Assembly (NCBI GenBank): GCA_005877815.1
Contig: VBOG01000107.1
Span: forward strand, 51,437-115,436
Direction of reading: 5' to 3'
Source: Nitrospirota bacterium
Lineage (GTDB): Bacteria; Nitrospirota; Nitrospiria; Nitrospirales; NS-4
Length of the DNA stretch: 64,000 bases
The notes below the pieces were generated by a model that was not told where the DNA came from, ran no database searches, and saw only the letters and a list, made by a program, of their open reading frames with translations. Every line of letters starts with the position of its first letter. Within the stretch, counting starts at the first letter, position 1. Made by a program: the position numbers and the translations under genes. This document shows positions 1 through 10,009 of this stretch, in pieces.

Positions 1-1265
1 CGGACGACCTTCTTGAGCTCCTGGTCCATCGCGCGCAGATCGCCCGGCAATGCAAAGGCCTGAAGTTTGGCGCGTGAACCGGTCTCGTCAATCACGTCGA
101 TGGCCTTATCCGGGAAGAACCGGTCAGTGATGTACCGGTCGGCCAACTTCACAGCCTCGGCAATGGCATCCTCGGTAATTTCCACGCCATGGTGATTTTC
201 ATACCGATCACGAAGCCCGCGAATGATGCGTATGGTCTCATCCACGCTGGGCTGCTGAACATAGATCGGCTGGAATCGGCGTTTCAGAGCGCCGTCTTTT
301 TCGATATGCTTGCGGTACTCATCCAACGTGGTCGCGCCGATGCATTGGATTTCACCACGCGAGAGCGCTGGCTTCAGCATGTTGGAGGCGTCGATCGACC
401 CTTCGGCCGCTCCCGCGCCAACCAACGTGTGCAGCTCATCAATGAAGATGATGATGTTGCCTGCCTGTACGATCTCCTTCATGACGACCTTGAGACGCTC
501 TTCGAATTGGCCTCGGTACTTGGTTCCTGCGACAAGGGAACCGAGATCGAGGGCAATGACCCGCCGATTCAGGAGATTGTCGGGCACTTCGGTGCCGACG
601 ATCCGTTGAGCCAACCCTTCCACGATGGCCGTCTTCCCCACGCCCGCTTCGCCGATGAGGACTGGGTTGTTCTTAGTCCGGCGGCTGAGAATTTGCAGCA
701 CGCGCTCGATCTCGTCACCGCGTCCGATAACCGGATCCAGCGTGTTCTCCTGGGCCAACCGTGTCAGATCCCGCCCAAACTCATCCAGCGCAGGAGTATT
801 GCTCTTACGGTCTCGTTCGCGCGGGGAACTCTTCCTCAAGAAGGTCACCGTCAACTGTCGCGCCGTGAGTAGATTGGCACCTAAACTACGCAAGATCTTG
901 CCGCCGATGCCTTCTTCTTCCCGCAGAAGCCCCAACAGCAAATGTTCGCCGCCGATGTGGTTGTGACCCAACAAACGGGCCTCCTCGACGGCATATTCAA
1001 TGACTTTTTTCACCCGAGGGCTGAAAGGAATTTCACCGAATGTCATCGTGGTGCCGCCGCCGGGAAGGTTGCGCTCGATCTCAAGTCGCACCTGCTCAGA
1101 AGACAGGCCCATCTTCTTGATGATCATTAGGGCAATACCATCGCTCTCACGCAGAATGGCTAAGACCAAATGCTCCGTCCCCAGATAATCGTTCTGGTGA
1201 CGCTCAGCCTCTTCCCGCGCCAACACGATGATTTTTCGGCCTTTGTCGGTGAATCTTTCAAACAT
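1..1265 (-). CDS. clpC: ATP-dependent Clp protease ATP-binding subunit (3' end outside window)
   Basis: Manual translation of minus strand from ATG at 1265: [32 protein letters not shown] (Clp N repeats), [44 protein letters not shown] (Walker A). Not in the ORF track because it is truncated. Confidence 0.93.
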   Translation of the reverse strand, partial: MFERFTDKGRKIIVLAREEAERHQNDYLGTEHLVLAILRESDGIALMIIKKMGLSSEQVRLEIERNLPGGGTTMTFGEIPFSPRVKKVIEYAVEEARLLGHNHIGGEHLLLGLLREEEGIGGKILRSLGANLLTARQLTVTFLRKSSPRERDRKSNTPALDEFGRDLTRLAQENTLDPVIGRGDEIERVLQILSRRTKNNPVLIGEAGVGKTAIVEGLAQRIVGTEVPDNLLNRRVIALDLGSLVAGTKYRGQFEERLKVVMKEIVQAGNIIIFIDELHTLVGAGAAEGSIDASNMLKPALSRGEIQCIGATTLDEYRKHIEKDGALKRRFQPIYVQQPSVDETIRIIRGLRDRYENHHGVEITEDAIAEAVKLADRYITDRFFPDKAIDVIDETGSRAKLQAFALPGDLRAMDQELKKVV

Positions 1266-1439
1266 CCTGTCTCCTCTCGATAAGGGGAGCCTGAAGGTTT
1301 TTCGGCCGCGTGAATTCTGTGGTTATTCTATCTTTCGTACTCTCAGGTGTCAAGCGACTGAATGCGTTGCTTCCATCGCTAGACGCGGGGGGGAAGATCC
1401 CCGTTTTACTATACTTAAGTAGTAACTCCAGACCATTCG

Positions 1440-1469
1440 TTGACACGCTGACAACGGCACGTTTACAAT
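1440..1469 (+). promoter_or_regulatory. sigma70-like promoter for nadK
   Basis: TTGACA (1440-1445), 18 bp spacer, TACAAT (1464-1469); ATG at 1478. Confidence 0.6.
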
Positions 1470-1477
1470 GGCGCCAC

Positions 1478-2335
1478 ATGAAACACATCGGAATATTGAT
1501 TAAACCGGGCTTTGTCGACATCACATCCCTTCTAGAGGACTTGGTGCCCTGGCTTCGCGCCCGTGGTAAAACGCCTCTCCTCGCCCCCCTGGCCGCGGCT
1601 CTCATCGGTGAGCCAACGGCCTATCCTCCGCCGGAAATGGCGGCCTTGGCGGATTTGCTCATTGTCTTGGGAGGCGACGGTACGATGTTGGCCGGCGCCA
1701 GGCTGCTCGAAGGCCGTCCCGTGCCGATTCTGGGCGTCAATGTCGGAGGCCTGGGATTCCTCACCGAAATCACGCCGGACGAAATTTATGACGCCCTCCA
1801 GGACATCTTTTCGGACGCCTTCCAACAGGAGGAGCGGCTGATGCTTCGGTCGCGTATCATCCGGCACGGACAACAAGTGGGAGGCGCGTCGGTTTTAAAC
1901 GACGTCGTGCTCAGCAAGGGTACGTTGACGAGAATGGTGCAGATGCAAGTCTCCATCAACCATCAGCTTGTCACGAGCCTCCGCGGTGATGGACTGATTA
2001 TCTCCACTCCGACGGGTTCGACCGCATACTCCCTCTCATCTGGCGGCCCGATTCTCAACCCTTCGGTTCATGCCTTGATTTTGACGCCGATTTGTCCACA
2101 CACGCTGACAAACCGACCCATCGTGATTCCGCAGGATGCGCAGGTCGAGGTTGTGATTACGAGCAAAGAAGAAGGCGCCATGGCCACCTTCGACGGCCAG
2201 GTCGGCATCGCCCTCCATCACTCGGACATTGTCGAGATCCGCGCGGCGGAGCACAAAATGAAGCTGGTTCGCTTTCCCGACCGGACCTTCTATGAAGTGT
2301 TGCGAGAAAAACTGAAGTGGGGGGATGGGGCTTAA
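1478..2335 (+). CDS. nadK: NAD kinase
   Basis: GGDGT motif, LND, DGLIISTPTGSTAYSLSSGGP; start moved to MKHIGI. Confidence 0.96.
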   Translation: MKHIGILIKPGFVDITSLLEDLVPWLRARGKTPLLAPLAAALIGEPTAYPPPEMAALADLLIVLGGDGTMLAGARLLEGRPVPILGVNVGGLGFLTEITPDEIYDALQDIFSDAFQQEERLMLRSRIIRHGQQVGGASVLNDVVLSKGTLTRMVQMQVSINHQLVTSLRGDGLIISTPTGSTAYSLSSGGPILNPSVHALILTPICPHTLTNRPIVIPQDAQVEVVITSKEEGAMATFDGQVGIALHHSDIVEIRAAEHKMKLVRFPDRTFYEVLREKLKWGDGA

Positions 2336-3708
2336 CGCGGGACTGAGGCACTCTTGCATTGCGCCTTCTGCTTTCTGATGACCTCCAGCATCTCGTCGTT
2401 CGTAGGAAATTTGAATTCCTCAATATCTCGACGCTGTCCTTCTACGCGTTCCATTTCCGCCAACGCTTGCAGATCCGCAACCCGCACGAGTGCAGGGTTT
2501 CGCTCCAGTAGCAAGGACTCCAGATCACGTGTTTTCCCGGCAAGCTCCTGGTCTGAGAGCGCTGGCCTGCTCGCAAGATATCGAGATACCACTTCGCTGC
2601 ACCATTCGCCATCACGTTTCGCGACTCCTACCAAGCCTTCGCTCGCCTTCCGCGCCCACCCGCACAGGAAGACGCCTGGCAGCACCTCGCCGGCACTCTC
2701 GTCGAAAGCCTGAAACAGACTGTCATCGGGATCGTTCGACGTCCGAGTGGGATTACAGACGAAACAGCCGTTCCTATAAGGTAACCCCACCGTCTCGTCC
2801 ACCCGATCTCCCACCGCAAACACCACGCTGTCACACGCGATGGAGTAATAGGTCTTCAGACCGACCGCGGCCATGTCGCCGCCTTTTGCTTCGAGCTTGG
2901 TATCTTCCATCTCAAGACCGGTGACGCGGTTCTCGGCATTCGTGAGCACACGTTTGGGGGATGACAGGAAGTGGAAGTAGATTCGCGTTTGGCTTTCGGT
3001 AGGCTCGCCTTTGGTGAATTCCGCCTGCATGTCGGAGAAGATCTTCTCGGGCGATTGCCCGACGACTTCCAATCTGGCGGCCACACGCTCGATTTCCTTC
3101 CTGAGAGCGGTCCGATCAATGTTCTCGCAAACGGCCCGTATTTCCTTCGGATTATATTTGCGCTCTCCGGGCCCCCTCCGCACGATGACATGAATTTCGG
3201 CGACTCGCTTTCGACGCGACAGCCAGTGGGCGATGTCCACCATGACGTCTCCGATACCGATCACCGCCACGCGCTGTCCCATTTCGAACGGTCGCGTACT
3301 GAATCCCGGCAGCAGGTTGAAGTGATACACGCAGTCCTTGGCATGATAAACGCCCCGGGCGTTCTCGCCTTCCACACCGATTGTCTTGGTGCCCTGGGCG
3401 CCGGTGGAGAACACCAGCGCGCTCGGCTGAAAGCCGCGCAACTCAGAAACGGTCAAGTGCTTCCCGTTTCCCACCGACACGTTGCCGAAATAGTGGACGT
3501 TGGGACGAGTCAACATCTCCCAATAACCTTTTCGCAGTCCACCTCTCAGCTTGTGTTTTGTCGGAAAAATGCCGTATTCGGCCAGTCCGCCGAACTTAAT
3601 GTCCCGATTCAACACGATGACTTCATGACCTTGCTTGGACATCACGTTGGTCACCGAAAGCCCGGCCGGCCCCGCGCCAACGACAATGACAAGGTGTTTG
3701 CCGCTCAT
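2332..3708 (-). CDS. FAD-dependent oxidoreductase, adrenodoxin reductase/FprA-like ferredoxin-NADP+ reductase family
   Basis: N-terminal VVGAGPAG, GGLAEYGI, second Rossmann VIGIGDV, RRGP, C-terminal GWARK. Confidence 0.75.
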   Translation of the reverse strand: MSGKHLVIVVGAGPAGLSVTNVMSKQGHEVIVLNRDIKFGGLAEYGIFPTKHKLRGGLRKGYWEMLTRPNVHYFGNVSVGNGKHLTVSELRGFQPSALVFSTGAQGTKTIGVEGENARGVYHAKDCVYHFNLLPGFSTRPFEMGQRVAVIGIGDVMVDIAHWLSRRKRVAEIHVIVRRGPGERKYNPKEIRAVCENIDRTALRKEIERVAARLEVVGQSPEKIFSDMQAEFTKGEPTESQTRIYFHFLSSPKRVLTNAENRVTGLEMEDTKLEAKGGDMAAVGLKTYYSIACDSVVFAVGDRVDETVGLPYRNGCFVCNPTRTSNDPDDSLFQAFDESAGEVLPGVFLCGWARKASEGLVGVAKRDGEWCSEVVSRYLASRPALSDQELAGKTRDLESLLLERNPALVRVADLQALAEMERVEGQRRDIEEFKFPTNDEMLEVIRKQKAQCKSASVPR

Positions 3709-3736
3709 GGGTAGATGGCGTGTCCCACGCGGATGA

Positions 3737-5194
3737 TCATCCTCCGGCGCTGCCCGGTTTGCCGCCACTCAGCCCCGGTTCGGTCATCCGCCAAGGGTCC
3801 AGAAGATGATCCAGTCGCGACTCGGACAGGAGATTTTTCAACCGCGCAACCTCCCGGACGGTCTTCCCGGTCTTATGGGCTTCCTTGGCGATCGCGGCCG
3901 CGGCCTCGTACCCGATCTCCGGCGCAAGCGCCGTGCACATCGCCAAGCTCTGTTCAATCCCCGCCTGGCAGCGTTCGCGATCCGCCGTAATGCCTTCCAC
4001 ACAGCGTCGAGAGAAATTCTCGGCCACCTTGGTCAGGAGCTCGATGGATTGCAGAAGATTGTGCGCCATCACCGGCAGCATCACGAGCAATTCAAAGTTG
4101 CCTGCCTGCCCCGCCACCGTAATTGCGACGTCGTTGCCGATGACCTGCGCCGACGCCATCATCACCGATTCGGCGATGACCGGATTGACTTTTCCGGGCA
4201 TGATGGACGAGCCGGGTTGGGTTTCCGGCAATACGATCTCACCCAGCCCGCAGCGAGGGCCAGATCCCATCCATCGGATGTCGTTGGCAATTTTTAGCAA
4301 GCTCACGGCAATGGTTTTCAGGATGCCACTGGTCTCCACCAGCGCGTCTTGCGCCGCCTGAGCTTCGAAATGATTCGGAGCTTCCTGAAAGGGACACGCT
4401 GTTTCCCGCGTGAGTTCCGCAATCACGCGGCGGGCGAACTCAGGATGCGTGTTCAGTCCGGTGCCGACCGCCGTGCCCCCAAGCGCGACCTCTCCCAATG
4501 ATGCACGCACGCGTTGGAGTCGCACGAGGCCAAGCTCAATTTGACGCGCGTAGCCGGAGAACTCCTGCCCTAGCCGGATCGGAGTAGCGTCCTGCAGGTG
4601 CGTACGGCCGATCTTGATGACAGCATCGAATTCCTTCGCCTTCGCGGCCAATGCGGTCCGAAGACGTGTGAGTGCCGGAACCAGCGCGCGGTCCACCTGT
4701 TCCAAGGCTGCCACGTGAATCGCGGTTGGGATCACATCATTGCTCGATTGACCGAGATTGACATGATCGTTCGGGTGGACGAGCTTACCGCCGCGTTGGC
4801 CGCCGAGAATCTCCGCAGCCCGATTCGCAATGACCTCATTGACGTTCATGTTCGTCGAGGTGCCGGAGCCCGTCTGAAAGACATCTACTGGAAAGTGCTC
4901 ATCCAAGCGCCCGTCCGCCACCTCCTGGGCTGCTGCCTGAATCGCGGCAGCGATCTTCGCGTCCAAAAATCCCAACTCGGCATTCACGCGCGCCGCCGCA
5001 GCTTTCAGCAGGCCCAACGCCCTGAGCATGGATCGCGGAATGCGAAGAGCGCTGATGGGAAAATTTTCAATAGCACGCGCTGTCTGGACACCATAATACG
5101 CATCCGCGGGGACGGCCAGTTCACCCATCGTATCGCGCTCAAGTCGCGTTGCTTTTCCGGCTGTGCCCTGAGCTTTTGATATTTTTTTGTTCAC
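3737..5194 (-). CDS. fumC: class II fumarate hydratase
   Basis: FQTGSGTSTNMN, GRTHLQDA, GSSIMPGKVNP signature. Confidence 0.9.
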   Translation of the reverse strand: MNKKISKAQGTAGKATRLERDTMGELAVPADAYYGVQTARAIENFPISALRIPRSMLRALGLLKAAAARVNAELGFLDAKIAAAIQAAAQEVADGRLDEHFPVDVFQTGSGTSTNMNVNEVIANRAAEILGGQRGGKLVHPNDHVNLGQSSNDVIPTAIHVAALEQVDRALVPALTRLRTALAAKAKEFDAVIKIGRTHLQDATPIRLGQEFSGYARQIELGLVRLQRVRASLGEVALGGTAVGTGLNTHPEFARRVIAELTRETACPFQEAPNHFEAQAAQDALVETSGILKTIAVSLLKIANDIRWMGSGPRCGLGEIVLPETQPGSSIMPGKVNPVIAESVMMASAQVIGNDVAITVAGQAGNFELLVMLPVMAHNLLQSIELLTKVAENFSRRCVEGITADRERCQAGIEQSLAMCTALAPEIGYEAAAAIAKEAHKTGKTVREVARLKNLLSESRLDHLLDPWRMTEPGLSGGKPGSAGG

Positions 5195-5273
5195 AAAGTC
5201 CGTCCTGCGATGCGCATAAGGGCGCGATTATAATCCAATCCGAATCTTCCGCACAAGACGCCACCACCAGCAA

Positions 5274-6410
5274 TTAGGCCCGCTGATCCAGCGGAATATA
5301 CCGTCGGCCATGGTCGCCCTCATAGATCTGGTCGGGACGGTAGAGCTTGTTCTCCTTCATCTGTTCCAGCCAATGCGCCAGCCAGCCGGAGACGCGCGCC
5401 ATGGCAAAAATCGAGGTAAAGGTATCGGGCGGGATGCCCATCTGCTCGTACATAATGCCGGAATAGAAGTCCACGTTGGGGTAGACCTTCTTCTCGGCAA
5501 GCCGTTCCAGGCAGGCCCGTTCCACTTCCTCCGCCAATGCGTAGAGAGGGGACTTGCCGCAGTGCGCGAAGAGCGTCTGCGCCAAGCGTTGAAGAATCAC
5601 CGCACGCGGGTCTTTGACTTTGTAGACCCGATGCCCGAACCCCATAATGGGGGTCTTCGCCCGCAGTTTTTCATCAATGACAGCTTGGACACGATCCGTG
5701 GATCCGATCTCGCGCAGCATGGCCACGACCTCCTCATTCGCACCGCCATGCAAAGGCCCCTTCAGCGCGCCGATGGAGGAGGCCACGACGGTGTATGGAT
5801 CGGCCAGTGTGGATGCCGTCACCAGTCCACAGAATGTCGAGGCATTCATCGTATGCTCCGCATGAAGAATCAGACACGCATCCAGGACGCCGGCAACCAG
5901 CGTGTCCGGTTCCCGATCCGACAACATGTACAAGAAATTAGCCGTGAAGCCGAGATCATCGCGAGGCGCAATCGCATCGTCGCCGTGCCGCACACGGGCG
6001 AAGGCCGCGACGATCGTCGGCTGCTTGGCGATCAGGCGAACCGCCGACCAGTAATTGTTGTGTGTGTCCCGAACATTCCGACCGGGATAGAACATTCCCA
6101 GTGCGGCGACCGCCGCCTGCAGGGCGTCCATTGGATGGCCGTGCTCCGGGAGACATTTGATGAGATCGGTGATTCGAAACTTGATTCGTCGGTGGCTCAT
6201 CACATCGGCTGTAAAGGCATCCAATGCGGTGCCGTTGGGAAGGCGGTTGAAGAGGAGAAGGTAGGACGTTTCCAAAAACGTACTGTTCGCAGCGAGGTCT
6301 TCAATCCGGATCCCGCGATACTCGAGAATGCCGGCTTGTCCGTCCACATCGCTGATCTTCGACCTCGCCGCAGGCACTCCGGCGAGACCAGGCATGAAAT
6401 CGTGTGGCAT
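5274..6410 (-). CDS. gltA: citrate synthase
   Basis: HAEH, GPLHGGAN, MGFGHRVYK, PNVDFYSG. Confidence 0.96.
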   Translation of the reverse strand: MPHDFMPGLAGVPAARSKISDVDGQAGILEYRGIRIEDLAANSTFLETSYLLLFNRLPNGTALDAFTADVMSHRRIKFRITDLIKCLPEHGHPMDALQAAVAALGMFYPGRNVRDTHNNYWSAVRLIAKQPTIVAAFARVRHGDDAIAPRDDLGFTANFLYMLSDREPDTLVAGVLDACLILHAEHTMNASTFCGLVTASTLADPYTVVASSIGALKGPLHGGANEEVVAMLREIGSTDRVQAVIDEKLRAKTPIMGFGHRVYKVKDPRAVILQRLAQTLFAHCGKSPLYALAEEVERACLERLAEKKVYPNVDFYSGIMYEQMGIPPDTFTSIFAMARVSGWLAHWLEQMKENKLYRPDQIYEGDHGRRYIPLDQRA

Positions 6411-6533
6411 ACGCCTCCGTCAGTATCTAACGACAGCGATTCTCTGCCTGTCAATGTGCGTCTTCAGATGCATACCCATTGCGGGTTGCAAACCTACCAA
6501 CCGTTCGCCATACTTTCCGCTGCTGTGAGTACC

Positions 6534-6862
6534 GTGACACTCCACAAAAAACAGATTACCGCGATGATGGTGGGTTTGGCCGTCTTTGTCCTCGCCATGG
6601 GTCTCCACCAGACGGGCCTTCCGCAACCATGGCCTCTAGATTGAACTGGCGTTTCCGCTCGGCGCGCTGGCCGTGACATTTGCCGCGGCCTAGCCGCCTA
6701 CAAGCAGCGCAACTTTTCACTGGCCAAGCAGCGGTTCGAAAGCGCCCTCGCAATCGATCCTTCCGATGGACCCAGCCGGGTCTATCTGCACCGAACAGAA
6801 GAGTATCTTCATCAGCCGCCCCCGCCGATTGGGGCGGTGTCTATATTCTCAAATCGAAATAG
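6534..6862 (+). pseudogene. remnant of a CHASE2-type adenylate/guanylate cyclase (N-terminal TM start joined to C-terminal TPR-like tail)
   Basis: TM segment ITAMMVGLAVFVLAMGLHQTG ending in stop 6644; WRFR in another frame; then GLAAYKQRNFSLAKQRFESALAIDPSDGPSRVYLHRTEEYLHQPPP with a frameshift into DWGGVYILKSK*, the typical C-terminus of such cyclases. Confidence 0.65.
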
Positions 6863-6900
6863 GGAAGATCCGCGTGGCACGAACACGTGTGGGACCGATC

Positions 6901-7014
6901 ATGACGTTCACGATTGCGATGGCACTCCTCGCCGGTTTCGTCTCCGCTGAGATGGTCTTCGTCCAGGGAAAGACCGCAAGGCTCAGAGCGGTAAACAATT
7001 ATAGAGCTTGCTAG
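6901..7014 (+). pseudogene. possible truncated secreted (SH3-like) protein fragment
   Basis: Signal-peptide-like MTFTIAMALLAGFVSA then EMVFVQGKTARLR, ends after 37 codons at the convergent gene. Confidence 0.3.
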
Positions 7015-7394
7015 GCCTCTTCGAGACAGGCGACACAACGCGAGGGCGCCACGTGTGCGTCCTGTTCCTGCTGCGTCAGACTGAACGGGGCTTGGCACAG
7101 TTCGCAGACATGAATGTCGAAGACCGGGAGGCCTTCAACGTCGAAGCGTGTCGGGAGCAGTAAGTCGGCTGGGTCGTACCCCAACATCACATTGTCGGCA
7201 AACTTCACCACGGCAAGACGGACATTGAACTTCTCCCAATGCGCCACTTGACCTTTGCGACCTAGGGTATGATCCGCGGAGACATAGACGGGTTGGCCGA
7301 ATCGGCGATGCCGAAGATCTCGAAGATTTCGAGCTTGAGGCGTCGCGACGGCATAACCCGTCGCCTGCGCAAATCGTCCTTCTTCCACGCCCAT
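7011..7394 (-). CDS. hypothetical protein with C-terminal zinc-ribbon-like motif
   Basis: 127 aa, GGAG upstream of ATG, CELC...CVAC. Confidence 0.65.
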   Translation of the reverse strand: MGVEEGRFAQATGYAVATPQARNLRDLRHRRFGQPVYVSADHTLGRKGQVAHWEKFNVRLAVVKFADNVMLGYDPADLLLPTRFDVEGLPVFDIHVCELCQAPFSLTQQEQDAHVAPSRCVACLEEA

Positions 7395-7525
7395 TCAAGA
7401 ATCTCCATTTTCGCGGTCGAGCAGTCTATACCATTGGCATCAGGGAGGGTCAAGGGCTCCGCTGAATGCTTGACAACGTGTCCGATCCCTGTGATATGAC
7501 CGTGGCCACAATGGTGGATGCGCGC

Positions 7526-7876
7526 ATGGACAAATTGACCGTGTACCAAAAGCCGACCTGCTCCACCTGTCGTGCGACGCTGTCGCTGTTGCGAGAAGCC
7601 AAGGCGCCTTTTGTGACGATTGATTATTTTGCCACTCCCCTGTCCGTCGCAACGCTCAAAAACCTTCTCAAAAAGCTTGGGATGTCGCCGAGGGACCTCC
7701 TGCGGACCGGCGAGGAGGTCTACAAGAAGCTCGAACTGGACAAGAAAGCGGTCTCAGACGTGGAATTGATCAAATTGATGGTCGTGTACCCGGAACTCAT
7801 CCAGCGGCCCATCGTAGAAAAAGGAGACCGGGCAATTCTTGCCCGGCCCGCGGAAAGCGTCAAAAGCCTGCTGTAA
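7526..7876 (+). CDS. ArsC/Spx family reductase
   Basis: YQKPTCSTCR, PELIQRPIV, LARP. Confidence 0.88.
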   Translation: MDKLTVYQKPTCSTCRATLSLLREAKAPFVTIDYFATPLSVATLKNLLKKLGMSPRDLLRTGEEVYKKLELDKKAVSDVELIKLMVVYPELIQRPIVEKGDRAILARPAESVKSLL

Positions 7877-7920
7877 CCTTCCTCATCACAAAACGCTGGC
7901 CAGCGCGACCTTTTCAACAA

Positions 7921-7955
7921 AAGAGGGCCGCCGAGAATGTCCCGGCGGCCCTCTT
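7921..7955 (-). terminator. intrinsic terminator between convergent ArsC-family and HU genes
   Basis: 13-bp inverted repeat AAGAGGGCCGCCG/CGGCGGCCCTCTT, T-rich tail on minus strand. Confidence 0.8.
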
Positions 7956-7974
7956 CGTAAAGTCCCAAAAAGAA

Positions 7975-8259
7975 TTATTTCTTCAAGACAGCATCCTTGC
8001 AAGCCTTGGCAACCCGGAACTTCACAACACGCTTTGCGGGAATTTTGATCGGTTCACCAGTCTGAGGGTTGCGCCCCATTCTCGCTTTTCGGTTCATCAG
8101 CACCAGTTTTCCGATTCCCGGCAACGTAAAGGTGTTCTTCGCCTCTTTATGGGCCAATGACGCCATCTCGTCGATGAATATCCCCGCCGCCTTTTTGGTG
8201 ATTCCCACTTTACCGGCGAGATGCTCCGTAATTTGAGATTTGGTCATCGCTTTTGCCAT
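7975..8259 (-). CDS. hup: HU family DNA-binding protein
   Basis: MTKSQ, ARMGRNPQTGEPIKIPAKRVVKF; GGAG RBS. Confidence 0.93.
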   Translation of the reverse strand: MAKAMTKSQITEHLAGKVGITKKAAGIFIDEMASLAHKEAKNTFTLPGIGKLVLMNRKARMGRNPQTGEPIKIPAKRVVKFRVAKACKDAVLKK

Positions 8260-8373
8260 ACCATCGCTCCTTTCATTTCGAACCGCTTCGCGGTCCATTC
8301 GAACGTTGAGCACCTATTCAGTTTCTGTTTCCTATAGTGTCAGTGAATCTGCCCGGCTGTCCTGTGCTTTTGG

Positions 8374-9243
8374 TTACGCCACCACCCGAGTCCGCTCCGG
8401 CTGGACTCGATAGAGATTCCACGATGCTCCGATGACGGAGAGTCCATAGATCAGCCACTTCGAAGGATCGAAGTTGTACCACCGGGCTCCATTCCGATAA
8501 TCCCGCTGATGTGCGTGGTGATAATTGTGATAGCCCTCTCCGAAGGTCAGCAGCGAGACCACCCAGCTATCCCGACTCGAATCGGCGATGGTGTGCGGCT
8601 GATCGCCCCACAGATGGCAGACGGAATTGATGCAGAATGTGGAGTTCAAGACGAGGAAAGTCCTGCCCAAACCGGCCAGGAGAAAGCATCCCAGTCCGCC
8701 GACCCATCCGCCATAGAGCGTCCCGACCGCCAGCGGAATGGCCAGACCGGACAGAACGATCAATACGTAATAGCGATGCTGCCACATGATCAATGGATCT
8801 TTCCGGAATTGAAGCGCGTACTTCTCGTGGGTATGTGAAGGATTTTTATAGAAAATCCAGAGAAGATGACTATGCCAGAACCCACGAAGGGCATTGTAAG
8901 GATCTTCCTCTTGATCGCACCGTGCGTGATGCCGGACGTGATCTGCGCACCATTTATACGCGGAATTCTCCAATGCCCATCCGCCGGCGATCAACAAAAC
9001 CGCCTTGACCCAAGGCCTGCATTCAAAACTTCGATGGGAGATCAGACGGTGATAACCAACGGTGATGCCCAAACCCGAAGCGAAATAGAGCAGGACGGCC
9101 ATCGTCCAATCAACCCAGGTGTAGCCGACGTAGTACCCGAACAGCGGGACGGCGACGACCGCGCCGAGCATAACGAGAGAGAACAACGATAAGGCGGTAT
9201 GGTCAAATCGAACAGACGCCGGATTGCCTGTGGTTCGCTCCAC
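8374..9243 (-). CDS. membrane acyl-lipid/acyl-CoA desaturase (delta-9 family)
   Basis: His boxes HRLISH, HVRHH, GEGYHNYHH; DPSKW; likely GTG start at 9243 after GAGG. Confidence 0.92.
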   Translation of the reverse strand: MERTTGNPASVRFDHTALSLFSLVMLGAVVAVPLFGYYVGYTWVDWTMAVLLYFASGLGITVGYHRLISHRSFECRPWVKAVLLIAGGWALENSAYKWCADHVRHHARCDQEEDPYNALRGFWHSHLLWIFYKNPSHTHEKYALQFRKDPLIMWQHRYYVLIVLSGLAIPLAVGTLYGGWVGGLGCFLLAGLGRTFLVLNSTFCINSVCHLWGDQPHTIADSSRDSWVVSLLTFGEGYHNYHHAHQRDYRNGARWYNFDPSKWLIYGLSVIGASWNLYRVQPERTRVVA

Positions 9244-9614
9244 TCGATACCTCGCTCTAGGTGAAGAGAACACGTTGTCTTCGTGAGAAGGGATTACGGC
9301 CACCTGGAGTACCAAGTATACAAAAGTGTTATACAAGAATTCCAGATAATTTTTTTCCGGCAAAAAGAGCGCGCCAGCTTAAAAGCCGCATCAACCGTGG
9401 CAAATGGCGCGACTCTACATAAGGAAATCAAGGAAAGCAAGAGGAAAGAATATTTGTCGGTATTGCCCCCGGGCCATACAAACAACGGGTGAACCGACGA
9501 AAGAGATACGTGTCACGTGAGTTCAACGTACGCATGTACTAATACGTATTCAACTACCGCCTCAGGAAAAACAATTTTGGAATAAAAAATCGAGATTGAA
9601 TTCCGAAAGAAAGG

Positions 9615-9650
9615 ACGGTACGGAAGCTCCTTGGGGAACCTCCGTACCGT
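9615..9650 (-). terminator. intrinsic terminator of RRM protein gene
   Basis: ACGGTACGGA...TCCGTACCGT stem followed by CCTTTCTTT on minus strand. Confidence 0.7.
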
Positions 9651-9679
9651 ACAATGTGATCTGACGTGATGGCAGATGT

Positions 9680-10009
9680 TCAGTACCGGCCGCCGCGATC
9701 TCCTCCGCGGCCACCGCCACCGCCCGCCCCGCCGAACCGGCTGCCGCCGCCCGAGCGGCTTTCCTGGGGCTTCGCCTCGTTCACGGTCAGCGATCGTCCA
9801 TCGAGTTGCGTCCCATTCAGAGCGCTGATGGCCTTCTTCGCTTCCTCCGGTGTGGACATCTCCACAAAACCGAATCCGCGCGACTGTCCTGTGTATTTGT
9901 CGGTGATCACCTTCGCCGAGGTCACAGAGCCCTGCTGGGCGAACAGATCATTCAACTGCTGCTCGGTCACTGAATAAGGCAATCCGCCGACATACAACTT
10001 GGTACTCAT
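9680..10009 (-). CDS. RRM-domain RNA-binding protein with Gly/Arg-rich tail
   Basis: RNP2 LYVGGL, RNP1 RGFGFVEM, VNEAKP; strong GGAGG RBS. Confidence 0.95.
   Translation of the reverse strand: MSTKLYVGGLPYSVTEQQLNDLFAQQGSVTSAKVITDKYTGQSRGFGFVEMSTPEEAKKAISALNGTQLDGRSLTVNEAKPQESRSGGGSRFGGAGGGGGRGGDRGGRY

Noticed and set aside
189-872. 227-aa plus-strand ORF and neighbours
   Set aside because: Antisense shadow of clpC, which the track omits because it is truncated.
5310-6644. 444-aa plus-strand ORF
   Set aside because: Antisense to gltA; only its last ~37 codons belong to the pseudogene remnant.
6875-6890. Sigma54-like TGGCACG
   Set aside because: No TTGC -12 element at the right spacing.
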